Shown in pieces: positions 25,201 to 37,300 of a stretch of 64,000 bases of DNA. Origin of the DNA: Lytechinus pictus. Taxonomy: Eukaryota. Under the pieces are notes generated by a model. That model made no database searches and was not told the origin of the DNA. It was given only the letters and a program-made list of their open reading frames with translations. Made by a program: the position numbers and the translations under genes. The DNA lies in contig NC_087256.1 in NCBI RefSeq assembly GCF_037042905.1, forward strand, positions 12,834,001 through 12,898,000. Direction: 5' to 3'. The stretch's first letter is position 1. Every line of letters begins with the position of its first letter.

Positions 25201-27544
25201 TTCTAGTTAGTTTTGATAAAGCTGACAAAAGAGGAAAAAAATAATGAAGGCCTCAATTACAGTAATAATTGATTTTTTTTTTAAGTTTTAATTGGTGATA
25301 TCACAACAAACTGCCCCCAACATATCATTTATGATTTTCATGAATTATGATTTGTAATGATATTGTTTTTATAAAAGTGGGTATCAAATAATGTGTCTGA
25401 TGACATCTTGAAAACACAGGTAAAATAAATTCTAATTCTTATTGAGTCTTGAAATTTATGACAAATCTTTAATTAATTAAAAGGGCATTCTGGAAATTAA
25501 TTTCATTCAGGAATGAAACATAAGCATGATGCATTTAGACGTTTAAGTATATGAATAAACATGAGAGCAAAATATCTTTATGAAAATCACCAATATGTCA
25601 TAATTTTTCTCTCCTTCCCATTTTTGACACATGATTATTTTTTTGAATGATGGAGTATTCTGGCGATTTCATTTCAACAGCTTTCACATTTTGTCCTGGA
25701 TTTCCTCATTCTTCACAGGATTTCTCCATTTCTCTGATAGGATTTCTTGACTTTCAAATCTTGTTCTCTCTTTAAAGCATCGCTGTCAGGATTAAATGCG
25801 ACCCAGGTGCATGGGCAAGGTCAGTTTACGGCAAATCTTTCAGGTTGAAATTCAAAACCCATACTTCTCTCTCTTTGAAGTTAATCTTGAAGGTAAGAAT
25901 AAAAAAAGGGGTGGTATGGCATAAAGAGCTTTGCTTTGTTTTACCCCGATTGAATTCCAAGGTTTGATTTACACCATGCTTCACAGGGAATGAAGAAGTG
26001 CACATTTTCAGTATTAAATGATTTTTTTTCCTCAGGGGTTTGACTATTTATTACCAGGACTTGAAATCTGTTAATGCCCAATAAGGTATTTCTGTAGTTT
26101 TTCATATCGGTATATATTGGTCACTTGGTCATGTCTTGGAGTTCAGCCTTCAGGTAGGTAAAATGACTATTCTCAACTCTATATCATAAACCAATTGGTC
26201 CTTTGTGTTACCTCCAACTTGATTAGTCATTCTAAAACATTATTTCTTTTTTTTTACAGAATGAAGAATTAGGCCTTGAAGTTTTCATTAATCAAATTTC
26301 TGACTTGGGTTATTAAAGATAAAGAATAATAAAGCGGACACATCACAAAAATAAACAAAAATCTTACATGTATCATCTATAAAGATAAACTCTAAAACCT
26401 ATAAACAGCTAATGAACTGCTACCTCCAAACTCCCAAGTTTCACGTTAAATAGGTGTCATATTCTGTGCATGTTTCCAAACATGAAAAGGAATAAATATA
26501 TTAAAAGGCATTTTTTAGCCATTCAAATGAAAAAAAAAATTGTTCAAAACTTTCTGTTCTTGACCTACATGTAGTTAAAGTACATTTGTAATGACAAATT
26601 AGGGGAAATTCTTAATTTCACTTTTCTGCAATATGTAACCTCAAACGTTTGAAGAAAGAAAAAATGGGTGAAATATCTTGAAAGCGAAATAAGAGTCTGG
26701 TTCATGGTTGTGGAACAATAATGTTTACACCTTATTGGGCTGTAATATATTACTGTACCTAGTCATTTAGTGCAAGTACATAAACCTAGCTGCAATTGTT
26801 CATGCATTTCAATTAAAATTGTATAATTACTTGTAAATCAGTCAGATAAATCAGTTGAAACCTGGCTGATTAAAAAAACAAAAGAACTGTCTATTGTGAG
26901 AAAGTAGGTGAAATAGGATATCATTGGTGAACAAAAAATGATACTATTTTAGGAATTTTTAGGGCTGGATTATTTGTAGAGATTTATGAGGTCATTCCAA
27001 ATTCACTGGTGTCAAATTGTCCTTAGAGTATTATGGCTAATACAGGAAAATAAGGTTTAAAAAATAGTTCTCAACAAATGTGAATTTTTTTATTAGAACA
27101 AGTCAACAAGATAACTTTAAAAAAAAGCTACACCAAAGCTAAAGGCAATGAGTCAACATTTTCAAATGATTTGTTCATTTCCCTCCCTCCAGCCACACCA
27201 GAAAAATATGATCTGTTTTGATTCCAACATGTAAGAGTTTTCATACCCTCTGAACATTTAGAAATATTATTGTGAAGCAGTTAACAATGAACCAACATAT
27301 CAACTTCATAGTTATTGCAAATGAGCCAATAATAGAAATGTCAATGATACAATGTAGGTATATAACTTATTTTTATTATAGATTTCTTTTTTTAATCTAC
27401 ACAATTTGCTTTCATCATCTTCATGTGGCACAGTAAAAAATCTGCAAAAATGGTTTATCTTTTTTTTTCATTTCAGAGTGTATCATCTCTGCAATTACTG
27501 TACATGAAATTGAAGAAATGGCTTACCTACATGTATTCAGATAT

Positions 27545-27806
27545 ATAATCAGGAGAAAGTGAAAATATTTCATATTTCATATAATAAAGTACAAAAGAAA
27601 AGGTGAGGGGGTGATGTCATTGGTTCCCTTATGACCAGTCAGGACGTGCATATTCACCGTCTTGTGAAATTATACGAAACTTTAAAAAAGGTAATGTAAA
27701 ATTCATATTTGACCCCAGTATTTTATGAAATTTTTAGCGTGAAGCTTGTTTGAATTTTTCTTTTTCATACAAATCAACTTTTTGTTGGGGTGGACTTGCC
27801 ATTTAA
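27545..27806. mobile_element. right portion of a Kolobok-like non-autonomous element
   Basis: ends ggggtggacttgccatttaa, reverse-complement-like to the end at 24866. Confidence 0.45.
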
Positions 27807-27905
27807 TAGACATGTGTATGAATTAAACAGTATAAGAAAGAGAGAGAGAGAGACTCAGAGAAAAAAAAACCAAAAACAAAACCTGAGGTCCATGGGCCAA
27901 GATAA

Positions 27906-28305
27906 TACCCCTTTCATAAACCCAATAAAACCCAATTATGCGGCTAATAGCAGCATAATTTGGTCGTAAAATCAGAGGAGGATAAGAGTTATCCGCATTA
28001 TTCTGATGCTGCTATTATCCGCATAATAGCGGCATCGGGACAAGATTTTGAGTTTATGAACGTATTTCCAAATAATGCGGATAATTGCCATGGTGCGGTC
28101 ACAAGGTCACCCTTTTCCAACACAACCGCATCGGAGGGGGCGTGTCCAGTTGTCATGACGATTATCCGCCTTTTTCAGGACGGGCGCTCGTAAAAATAAT
28201 GCGGATAATTTTCGGAGTTTGTGAACGCAAGTTTTATTGAATTATCCGCATTACTCTTAGGCGGCTAATTGGAGGATAGGTTTTATTGGGTTTATGAAAG
28301 GGGTA
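27906..28305. mobile_element. young MITE
   Basis: TIRs tacccctttcataaacccaataaaacc / ggttttattgggtttatgaaaggggta; flanked by taa/taa (or TA if the ends are CCCC/GGGG); internal attatccgca repeats. Confidence 0.9.
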
Positions 28306-31011
28306 TAAGTCAATTTATAATCACTTTATAAGGTAGCTGTATCAGCCCCATGATTATAATGAAATCAGCTTGAGTACACTAATGGTCAACTGCAGGTAAA
28401 CAAACCCTGCTGCAAGGTAAACAACTAGATTAAGTCTCAAGAGTTAGTCCCTCCGGAAAAATGTACATAAAACTCCCCACTAAAAGTGGAGCAAACCCTT
28501 CATTCATTGATGCTGTTCCAAGTAATGCATTACCTCCCTCTGCGATTTTACTGTTGAACACAGTATACAAGTCCAAGATGTAGCTCGATATCATTCCTCA
28601 ATCATGGATGGGTGCATGCACATGTAGTATAATTTATCAAGTGATTTAACTTAGTACATTTAACTTAGTACATTCAACTTAGTATCTTATATGAAATCCT
28701 GAATAATTTATTCACAACATAACTTGAAATACACAAAAGCCACTACTTTTTTTTACAAGAGTAATAAGCTCCTCCCCATCACTTTATCCATCTACAATCA
28801 AGGTCAATATAAACACTCTAGCATAAACAATGCATCTTCTATCTCTTAACTTGCCATCAAAATTGTAAGCCTGGGATAAATCCCACGGCCATTACTCCAC
28901 AATTTTAGGCTCCATTTGAAATATGCATGCTGTCAAAATTGCATGGCGCTGCAGTCTGTTGTGCTGGTTATAAATGAAGCGGACAGGATTGAGTGGAGAA
29001 GGAATAGGATTACATGTTGAATGCTTTGCTTATTTTTCCATGTTTGAGGTCCGACCTATAAAGCTGAGCCCAGGGTGAGGAGTCCTCTGGGGAGAGTGAT
29101 CAGGTTCTCCACATCTCCTTGTAGGCTCATGATGCACTTTTTGGTGATGGGAGGAGTTTGTATCAAAAATGGAATGATAGAGGATAACACACATACAAGG
29201 GATAATCTAAATCCCAACACAACCAGGGAAACAAACTTGCACAACTGAGCAGTCTTTAACAGAGCTGAGCTGCCAATCAGAGTCCAACCTTAGTTTCGGA
29301 TCACTAAGCTTAATTGATTCTCTAAACATTTCTTTTTCTCCATTTCCCAACTACTGTCCAAGGTTATTGTGGCCTTTCTGGACCACCGGACATGTCTACT
29401 CTAAATAGTAACTTTGTCTGAGGAAAGTAAAACACAACCATTTGAAGAGCATTGTCTTGAACCCTGTTAAATCTGCCTAGACCCTTGAATTATCAGTTTG
29501 TCCCACAACTACATTGTATTCTACATATTGACTGCTATGAAAATATGAAGAGTGGATGATTTATTGGAAACAGATTGCAAGGAAGACAGAGATATATTCT
29601 ATACACAATATTAATGTATGATTTGGTTCACCTTACGTACCATATGAGATCAGAAGTGCTCTTTGGAATGGGAAAGTTTGTACCTCCAGAAAGTATGACA
29701 TGAAACAGTAGATTCCTAACTTTTTTTTAAATTTAAAATATTCAGAGCTTTGAATGCATACGATACAAGTATGGGGTAGGGCAATTGTTAAAAGAAAAGG
29801 AAATATTTTAATTTTCATTAATCAAAATATATCATTATTAAGAACTGTGATTTAAGGGAAGGCCCTGCCTCATCAAGCTGTTATGAATTAACTAGACCTA
29901 TTGGACTCTCTTTCAATATTAAATCAATCAATGTATCAATCCATGACATCTTCATGATCCATGGTTTCAACTTCCACAAATTCCAAACCAACTTTGCAAA
30001 TTCAGGCTAATGGGTTTGTGATTATAATTCATACCTCCCTCTCTCAGGGGTATTCAAAATTCTGATATAATATTTCTGGTTCCTATTCTACCCCTATTAT
30101 CTGGCAATATAAGACATTCCAGAAATAGTTTCATTTTTAGTACTTGAGAGCTCTCCAAACCAAGGTCAGAAAGCTCTGGAAGGAATCTCAACATAATCAG
30201 AATGATGTTCTTGGAAACCTGATACAGACACCAATATTTCAATAATTTCCAAGTGATGAAGGTCCTTACTGCCAATATAGCACTAATGGCTTTCTACTAT
30301 GGAACCAAATGTTTTATTGCTTAATATGCTGATGTATGTGAAGGCATGTCAGGCAAATTGGAAACACAATAAAAATCTTTTGTCAAACAGTATGAAATCA
30401 TCATTGTCAACCGTCATTATAAATTGTGAGGAATTCTGAATAATAATGGCAATGACTTGTATAGCAAATATCATTTACATAACAGAGTCCCTATGTGCTT
30501 GGGATTATAATTGTTCATAATTCAACTTTGAGATGGGTGATCAATTAAATACATGGAATCTTTAATGTCATGAGATGAAAATCTGAGGATTTTATTTTCA
30601 TTTTTTGACTTCATCTTCATTCCTTCTCTCTTCAGGTATTCTGCTCATTCCATCCCTCACCTGACTCCTTAGTTTCTATTCCATTAATACATAATCACCC
30701 AGACATCTTTGTCATTTTCATCTCATTCTTTATTGTTTTATCTTGTGAATTGGGTTCTTACATTAGATCCTTTCATTATTTTTCGTCTGGTTGGTAGTTA
30801 TTTCTAATTTAAATATTTATGTAAATTATACTATTATTCTGAGTTTAGCTGAGGCAAAGTAGCCAAGAGATTAAAGCAGTGCACTACCAGACTTCTTCGG
30901 GTTCTGTTCGATTCATTTTGCGTCTCATATAGTTTCACTTGTTTCCCATTTGGTTTGATGAAGATGGAGTTTGCTGCTTTGAACTTAACATATTTTTTTC
31001 AACCTTTATAT

Positions 31012-32091
31012 TAGTGCTGTTGTCGGGAACAAAAATCCATGTCGACATGTCGCTTAAAAATTAATCCCGACATCGACAATGTCGACATGAAAAAGGGACC
31101 GTAATTTAGCCTAGGCTCCCTAACATAAAAAAATCATTCGATCGTGGAACATAACACTCTCAATCAAATGTATTCACCTTGACACGAGTGATATCCCCAC
31201 ACTAGATCTAGATCTATATGATACAGGCTCAGTTCGGGAAAACATATTTTCACTAAGCTAGAGTGAAATCACTTCCAAAATCACAGATTTAATCCACATT
31301 TTTTTCTGGAGAATCAAGTTTTTGTACCACGATCCGGTGACCGGTCTCGAAGGCATTGCGCAATAACACTCGGAGCCAATTTGAGAATCATCAATTACAA
31401 CAGTGATCATTGCGTATTATACGCTGGTACACATGTGCTGCAAATGCAAACTCCTCAAATTGACAATAAAAAATAATGAAAATCGACCGATAATTTCAGT
31501 ATCACTTCCGCGGCGATCCTTGCAACGATCTCCAAATGAAGTTTACTGTGACTTCGTGATATGAAGTAAGCGCTCAATTGCGGCGGTCACAACTTTGACA
31601 AAAACACGTGTTCGCTGCTGCTCACGTTTATATGAAAAGTAATGCATTGAGGAGCAACGTATTATCAAGCACGGTGAATAGCGATGGGTACATATTTCCG
31701 TGGATGGGTACGGTGAATGCTACTACTACTACTCTACGCTCGCTATAGCGCTAGATATAGATCTAGAGCGATCGTCGGGTTCGACGAGGGCGGCTCGATC
31801 GGGCAGGCCGGCCCCGCACTGACGCATTTCTGCTGCCGCGCAGCTCGCAGGTATTCTTTTTTCATTTAATGCGCTGCTAAGCTGAATAAACCTTTTAATC
31901 GCGCCAATTACTGTGGATAAATGCTTCTAACTTTTCAGCTAAGCTTTACACTTGTGACTTTAGGCTAGACCCCTTTTTATTTTATGTTTACATGTCGATG
32001 TGGGTGCGTGCATGTCGACATGTCGGAAACATTGAAAATCCTTCGTATGTCGACATCAATGTCGATATGAGGCCTATCGACAACAGCACTA
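31012..32091. mobile_element. non-autonomous hAT-type DNA transposon
   Basis: TIRs tagtgctgttgtcg / cgacaacagcacta; 8-bp TSD ctttatat (31004-31011, 32092-32099); subterminal gtcgacat repeats. Confidence 0.92.
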
Positions 32092-32134
32092 CTTTATATG
32101 AGTAAAAGATGTGTAATAATAATATATTTCTTAC

Positions 32135-32622
32135 TGGGTTTCCATGCAAGGTGAGCTTGAACTTGTCAAAGTACATCCACCTCATAGCTTCCTTATGATC
32201 CATATCATGATAGAAGTCCCTGGCAGTGAATCCAAACGAATGAAACTCTCCCTCTGGAGTCAACAGCAATGTAGTCGGAGTCTTCATGTTGGTCACCCCT
32301 GGGTCCCCGCCCTCCCATTTCCTCATGATGTGCACACTCTCCGGTTCACGGGTCAGGCTGTAGGCATACCCACTGAAGGTGGTTCCAAAGTCAATGGCAA
32401 CCACCACCCAGAATGGTCTGCTCTCGGTGATGGGCGAGACTGGTTCGGGTGTGGCCTGTATGCTGTTGATGGCGATGGCGGCATCTAGATTCATGGATTC
32501 TGGCGAAGATGGTTCCGAGTTGGCCAAGGCACTGTTGTTCTTACACAGTCTATCATCTACTGTGACACTAGTTTTGATTGGTGTGCTGGTGATCAGATCA
32601 TTAGCATGGATGAGCGGAGAAT
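32135..32622 (-). CDS. HSPA12A: HSPA12 most 5' exon identified (phase-1 acceptor, so an upstream exon is required)
   Basis: ttgtag|AT TCT...CCA|gtaag; VVVAIDFGTTFSGYAYS (phosphate-1 motif), MRKWEGGDPGVTNMKTPTTLLLTP. Confidence 0.93.
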
Positions 32623-33294
32623 CTACAATAGAATAAAAAGATATAACAGACATTTACCATAGTGAGCAAAAATTGACATTAATTCCTCTATGTCATCTAA
32701 TTGCTTCATTAAAAAATCAGTATAATATAAACATATTGCAAATTATTCTATTTTCAATGACATAGTTTCATCACAACAACCCTTGTATTATTTTTCCTTA
32801 CCCTTTTCTGAAAAAGAAATATTGGGCCTTCTGATTCTAACTAGTGCTGCAAGTCAGGCGGCATGTTCGGGTTCTGTTCGGTTCGGCAAATTTTTTCAGA
32901 ACTTTGGTTCGGTTCGAGGTTCGGCAATAAATGCGCAATTAAATTATCAACATATAAAACTAAGGATTGCCAACCCTCGAAGATATTAATTAACATATGA
33001 AATTTCTGTTGTATATTTATAATAAATTTTGTTTTTAAAAAGAATGGTTATAAAAATTGCTGCATAACTTTCTTTTATTTATTTCAATCTTGAAACCAAA
33101 AATAAGAGTCATTTCTACTTTCATTTTTAAATCAAATAAAAAAAAACAAAGAAAATAATATTGATAGCGAGAGAATGAGGACAGAAACAGAATTACAAAG
33201 AACAGAATATTTTTTGTTCATTGATTATTCCATGTAGATATGATCATGATCGATTACAATGCCATTGCAAACGCAGATTCTCCGATTGGAAAGT

Positions 33295-33780
33295 GTTGAT
33301 CGGGAATGTCGGAACAGTAGACTTAAACAACCTCCACTCAACTGTTATTATACTGGTAAAATTCACACTCCAAAGAATATGAAATCTTTTAGAAAGTCCA
33401 TATTTTCTGAAAAGTGGTTAAATCTGGTCAATCAATTACTTTAAAAAGATAAAATATCAGTCCATTCTTGGTCCCGAAAGATCGACACTCGAGTGACTTC
33501 AAACATATTTCCAACACGAAAATGAGTACATGGGACTGTACTGTGTATTTTAGTGTTATGAAATCACTCGGCGTTGATCGTCAGAACCAAGACGGAACTG
33601 AAAATTTATCATTTCATTTTCAGTAAATGACCAGATTAAACCACTTTTTAGAAAATATTGACAATGGAAAAACATTTCAAATTCGGAATATGAATTTTAC
33701 CAGCGTAATAGCAACTGAGAGCAGGTTGTTTGGACTTCCTGTTTCAACTTTCCTTATCAACCATTTCCGGTACACGATCA
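33295..33780. mobile_element. palindromic element nested in the hAT element
   Basis: aaaagtggttaaatctggtca vs tgaccagattaaaccactttt; ctggtaaaattca vs tgaattttaccag. Confidence 0.65.
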
Positions 33781-33898
33781 GGGAACATGCGTTGACTTGC
33801 TTTGAATTTTTATCTTTTCTGTTTTTTCTAACCTCATTTCTTCATCTCTTATTTATTTATCTTTAATATTGATATGTATATTTCAGAAGGATAAATAT

Positions 33899-34372
33899 AC
33901 ATACTTTACCATTACTTTGTCAGTCACAAGGAATGAATTTATGTCATTTTTTTCTATTATTAAATACAAAACAATTACATGGACGCCCGATCACAATCAT
34001 GATCGATTACACTTATACGTAATTTAACTACACTTTTTAACCGAGTTTAGCTTAAAATGTCCCCACATTTTATGAGAAAAAAAAATAAATTCATGGTAAT
34101 AAAAAAATTGAGACTGATAAAAATTCAATCAAAGACGAGACCAAAGCTGTCATACTTTGTCATTTATGAGGAATGAATTTATGTCTTGTCCTTTTACTTA
34201 ATTAAATAGAAAACAATTAGGTCCGATTACGATCACGATCGATTACGGCAATACGTAATTCAACCACACTTTTATACCGAGTTTAGCTTCAAATGTCCCC
34301 TCATTTAATGAAGAAAAAATATATTCATGTTAATAAAATATTCTTAAGTTGATAACAATTCAATCAAAGACA
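33899..34372. repeat. two ~240-bp diverged direct repeats inside the hAT element
   Basis: aggaatgaatttatgtc...ccgagtttagctt.aaatgtcccc...aattcaatcaaagac occurs twice. Confidence 0.8.
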
Positions 34373-37300
34373 AGATGTGAGCTTAAATGGTGGATTTAAA
34401 ACATATTTTGTGTGGAATTCTTATTGTGCACAATCACTAACCACTATTTTTTTTTTTCATTTTATATTTAAATATATGTAGTCCCCGCTACTGTTCATAT
34501 TACGTAGTGAATAAATGTGCCGATTTTTTTTTTACCGAACCACCGAACCAGGCTTCTGTGTTCGGTTCGGTTTGGTCCGGTTCGGAAGTGCCAAGTTCGG
34601 CGAACTTCCGTTCGGTTCGGCAGTTCGGCTACAGCACTAATTCTAACTCTCATCTATACAATGATATCACATAGTACACTTGGAGTCATCGGACTCTCCT
34701 TTGTCTCTTTTAGCGCAAACAACTCAAAACTTCATTAAAATAGCTTTAGCGTGTAGGCCTAGTAAATTAAAACCCCCCTCCCCAAACAACATAGAGAGTT
34801 GAGAGAAACAATTATAACCAAATATCAAGCAAAAAAGAAAATGAATATCACTCTTACTTGAAAGCACCATGTTAAAACCTGGCAAACTTATCAACCTTCT
34901 GCCTCAATAGGTGCAACAAATCTATGTGGAGGACCGAGATTACCAATACAATGACTTCAAAAAATTGATTAATACTCATTTATAATACAAGTCTTCTAAG
35001 AAGAGCGTTATTATATGATGTTTGCATTTCTTGTAGGCTCCAATTCTAGACCCTGAAACTTGGCTGAAAGCAGTATGTAAACTTGTAAAGTTTTAACTTA
35101 CTCCAAAGTCAAAGAATGAAACAAAGAAAAAAAAAATACAATTCACTAAGAACATGGATAAATTGGCACCTATCATTAGTCTTTAAAAAGTAGAAGTTTT
35201 CTTTTGAATGATAGGGATTATTATATATTAGATAGATGGAATAGATGTGTAATATGTTGTAAAGTAAACCTTGGAAAAACATAGACTACCATTTCATTCA
35301 CACCCACCAGACCACAAAAATACAATATACTTGCATATTATTAAGTCCTTGTTATCAGGCCTCAAAATACCTGTAAATTATTTCATGTATTCCCACTAAT
35401 CTGAGCCAGATAAAGCAGGGAATATCACAAAAATGTTACTTTCACCCTGGCAAAATAAAAAACAAACAAAAATGTATTTTTTCATGACTGGCTGGGTCTG
35501 AAATCAGTTTAAGACACTTTAGAATATTGGTAACCAAATCAACCTCATAAACCTAGAATAACTGTGTACACCAATCCACATTCCAATGGGTGGTAAATTA
35601 ATGCCCTTTCTGTCAGCAGAGTTCTGTAACCACGGTGATCAACAAGCTCAGAAACAGAAGTATGGGGTAATTGTATCAACAGCAACACTTGACTCTGAAA
35701 CCACAATCAAGCATGACGATAAGTGATTCATTGAATATCAAGTAGTACGTGCACATTCAACAGTCCTAGTTTCATATCCAATGTTTACTTTTCATTCACA
35801 TTTACTTCTTATCACGTGGACCATTAATCATACAATGAGAATGCTGAAGAGTTTACTCTGGGATCATATTGCTATGATATGGCAAATGTGTTAATAAAAA
35901 AAAATGAAATAACAAGAAATTTGTAAGATATCTATGTATTGTGCAAGAAAGGAATTCTTTCCCAATGATGCAAGTTTGTGAAAGGTGACCAAAGTTAGTG
36001 AACAGCTCAGATGGCATGTTTCAAATCCATGATTTATGAATATTGATTATTCCTCCCCCCCCCCCCCCCCCCCGCCGAGATATTTCAAAATGCCCTGAAA
36101 GAATTTTCATGTTGGAAAAGAAAAGTGAACTTAAATAAACTTAATAGTAGCAAAAACACCTTTTATGTTTTGATATGAGGAATTGTAAATTAAAACACAA
36201 CTATCTGCAAATGTATATACTGTGCATATAACTTAGGCAAAAATTGCATGGATATACAGAAGGTCCACTCACTAATCAGTAAATCAGTCGAGGAAGATAT
36301 TTGGGCAGTCAAATTAGTGCATTAATAAACATTTAAAAAGATATCCTTCCTTTAAAATGTTTCTCTATTGAGAGTAAGAGAGATGGACAACATTCACCAT
36401 CAAGAAAATGGTGTCTTTTCAGGATGAATCAAACCAGGCTATTGCTTGTCAAAATCTTGTTGTAAAACCAAACTTCAAGTTCACTCAACTCGACTTTGAT
36501 ACACACCCTGCCATGCATGCCTTGCCTTTCAGTATCACATGAAAGACTTTCTATTTCAGTGACACATGATTTGTTTGAATTCATAACAATTATCTCCCAA
36601 ATCATCCAATGAATTCACAAGAGAGTCACATAGTTCAGAGAGTTTCATAGTGCAGAAAGGGTATGATAATACTTGGTCTTTGTTTTCTGGGCACTGTGAT
36701 ATGTCTGGAGAGAGGGCAATGACTGAATTCAAAGATATGAAGACCTTTATAGAGATCTGTAGTCACGTAGCTTTGCATGCATCTGTTGCAGTGATAATGT
36801 GTCTAGATATAGCTCACTTTTCTGAACAAAGATGTCTGCTGTAGATATATACAGCCAGGGTGGGTTAATGTTTCTCTGGCTAAACATTCACATTATCTAT
36901 GAGCAAGAATGAATTAAATCGCATTCAGATGAATATAGTAGACATATTCTCTGAATGTCAACACAGAGCTCAATGTAAACATAGGAAGGATTCTTCAAAA
37001 CTTATCCTTTCAATTAAGGAAGCTTAACCAAGACAATTCCTCAACTAATCTTGATAAAACTAGATTGATTCTAGAATGTAGCCAGTCAAAATGCAGGATG
37101 CATGTGCACTTAACTCCTACAATTATCAAAAACTTATATAATCTCATCAGATCGTCACTCCCAGTTCATGAACCGTGTTAAATTCTTTTTTTTTTTCAAT
37201 TGGATCTACATGTTAATTGCAACAATGATCACATACTTTTGGAACCTTTGACCGGAAGAACCCAAAATTTGCCAAATTGTAAGTTACAGTATCCCTTCAC

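Larger units (their letters stand above)
32842..34639. mobile_element. non-autonomous hAT-type DNA transposon
   Basis: TIRs tagtgctg / cagcacta; 8-bp TSD attctaac (32834-32841, 34640-34647); subterminal (gttcg)n arrays at both ends. Confidence 0.9.
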
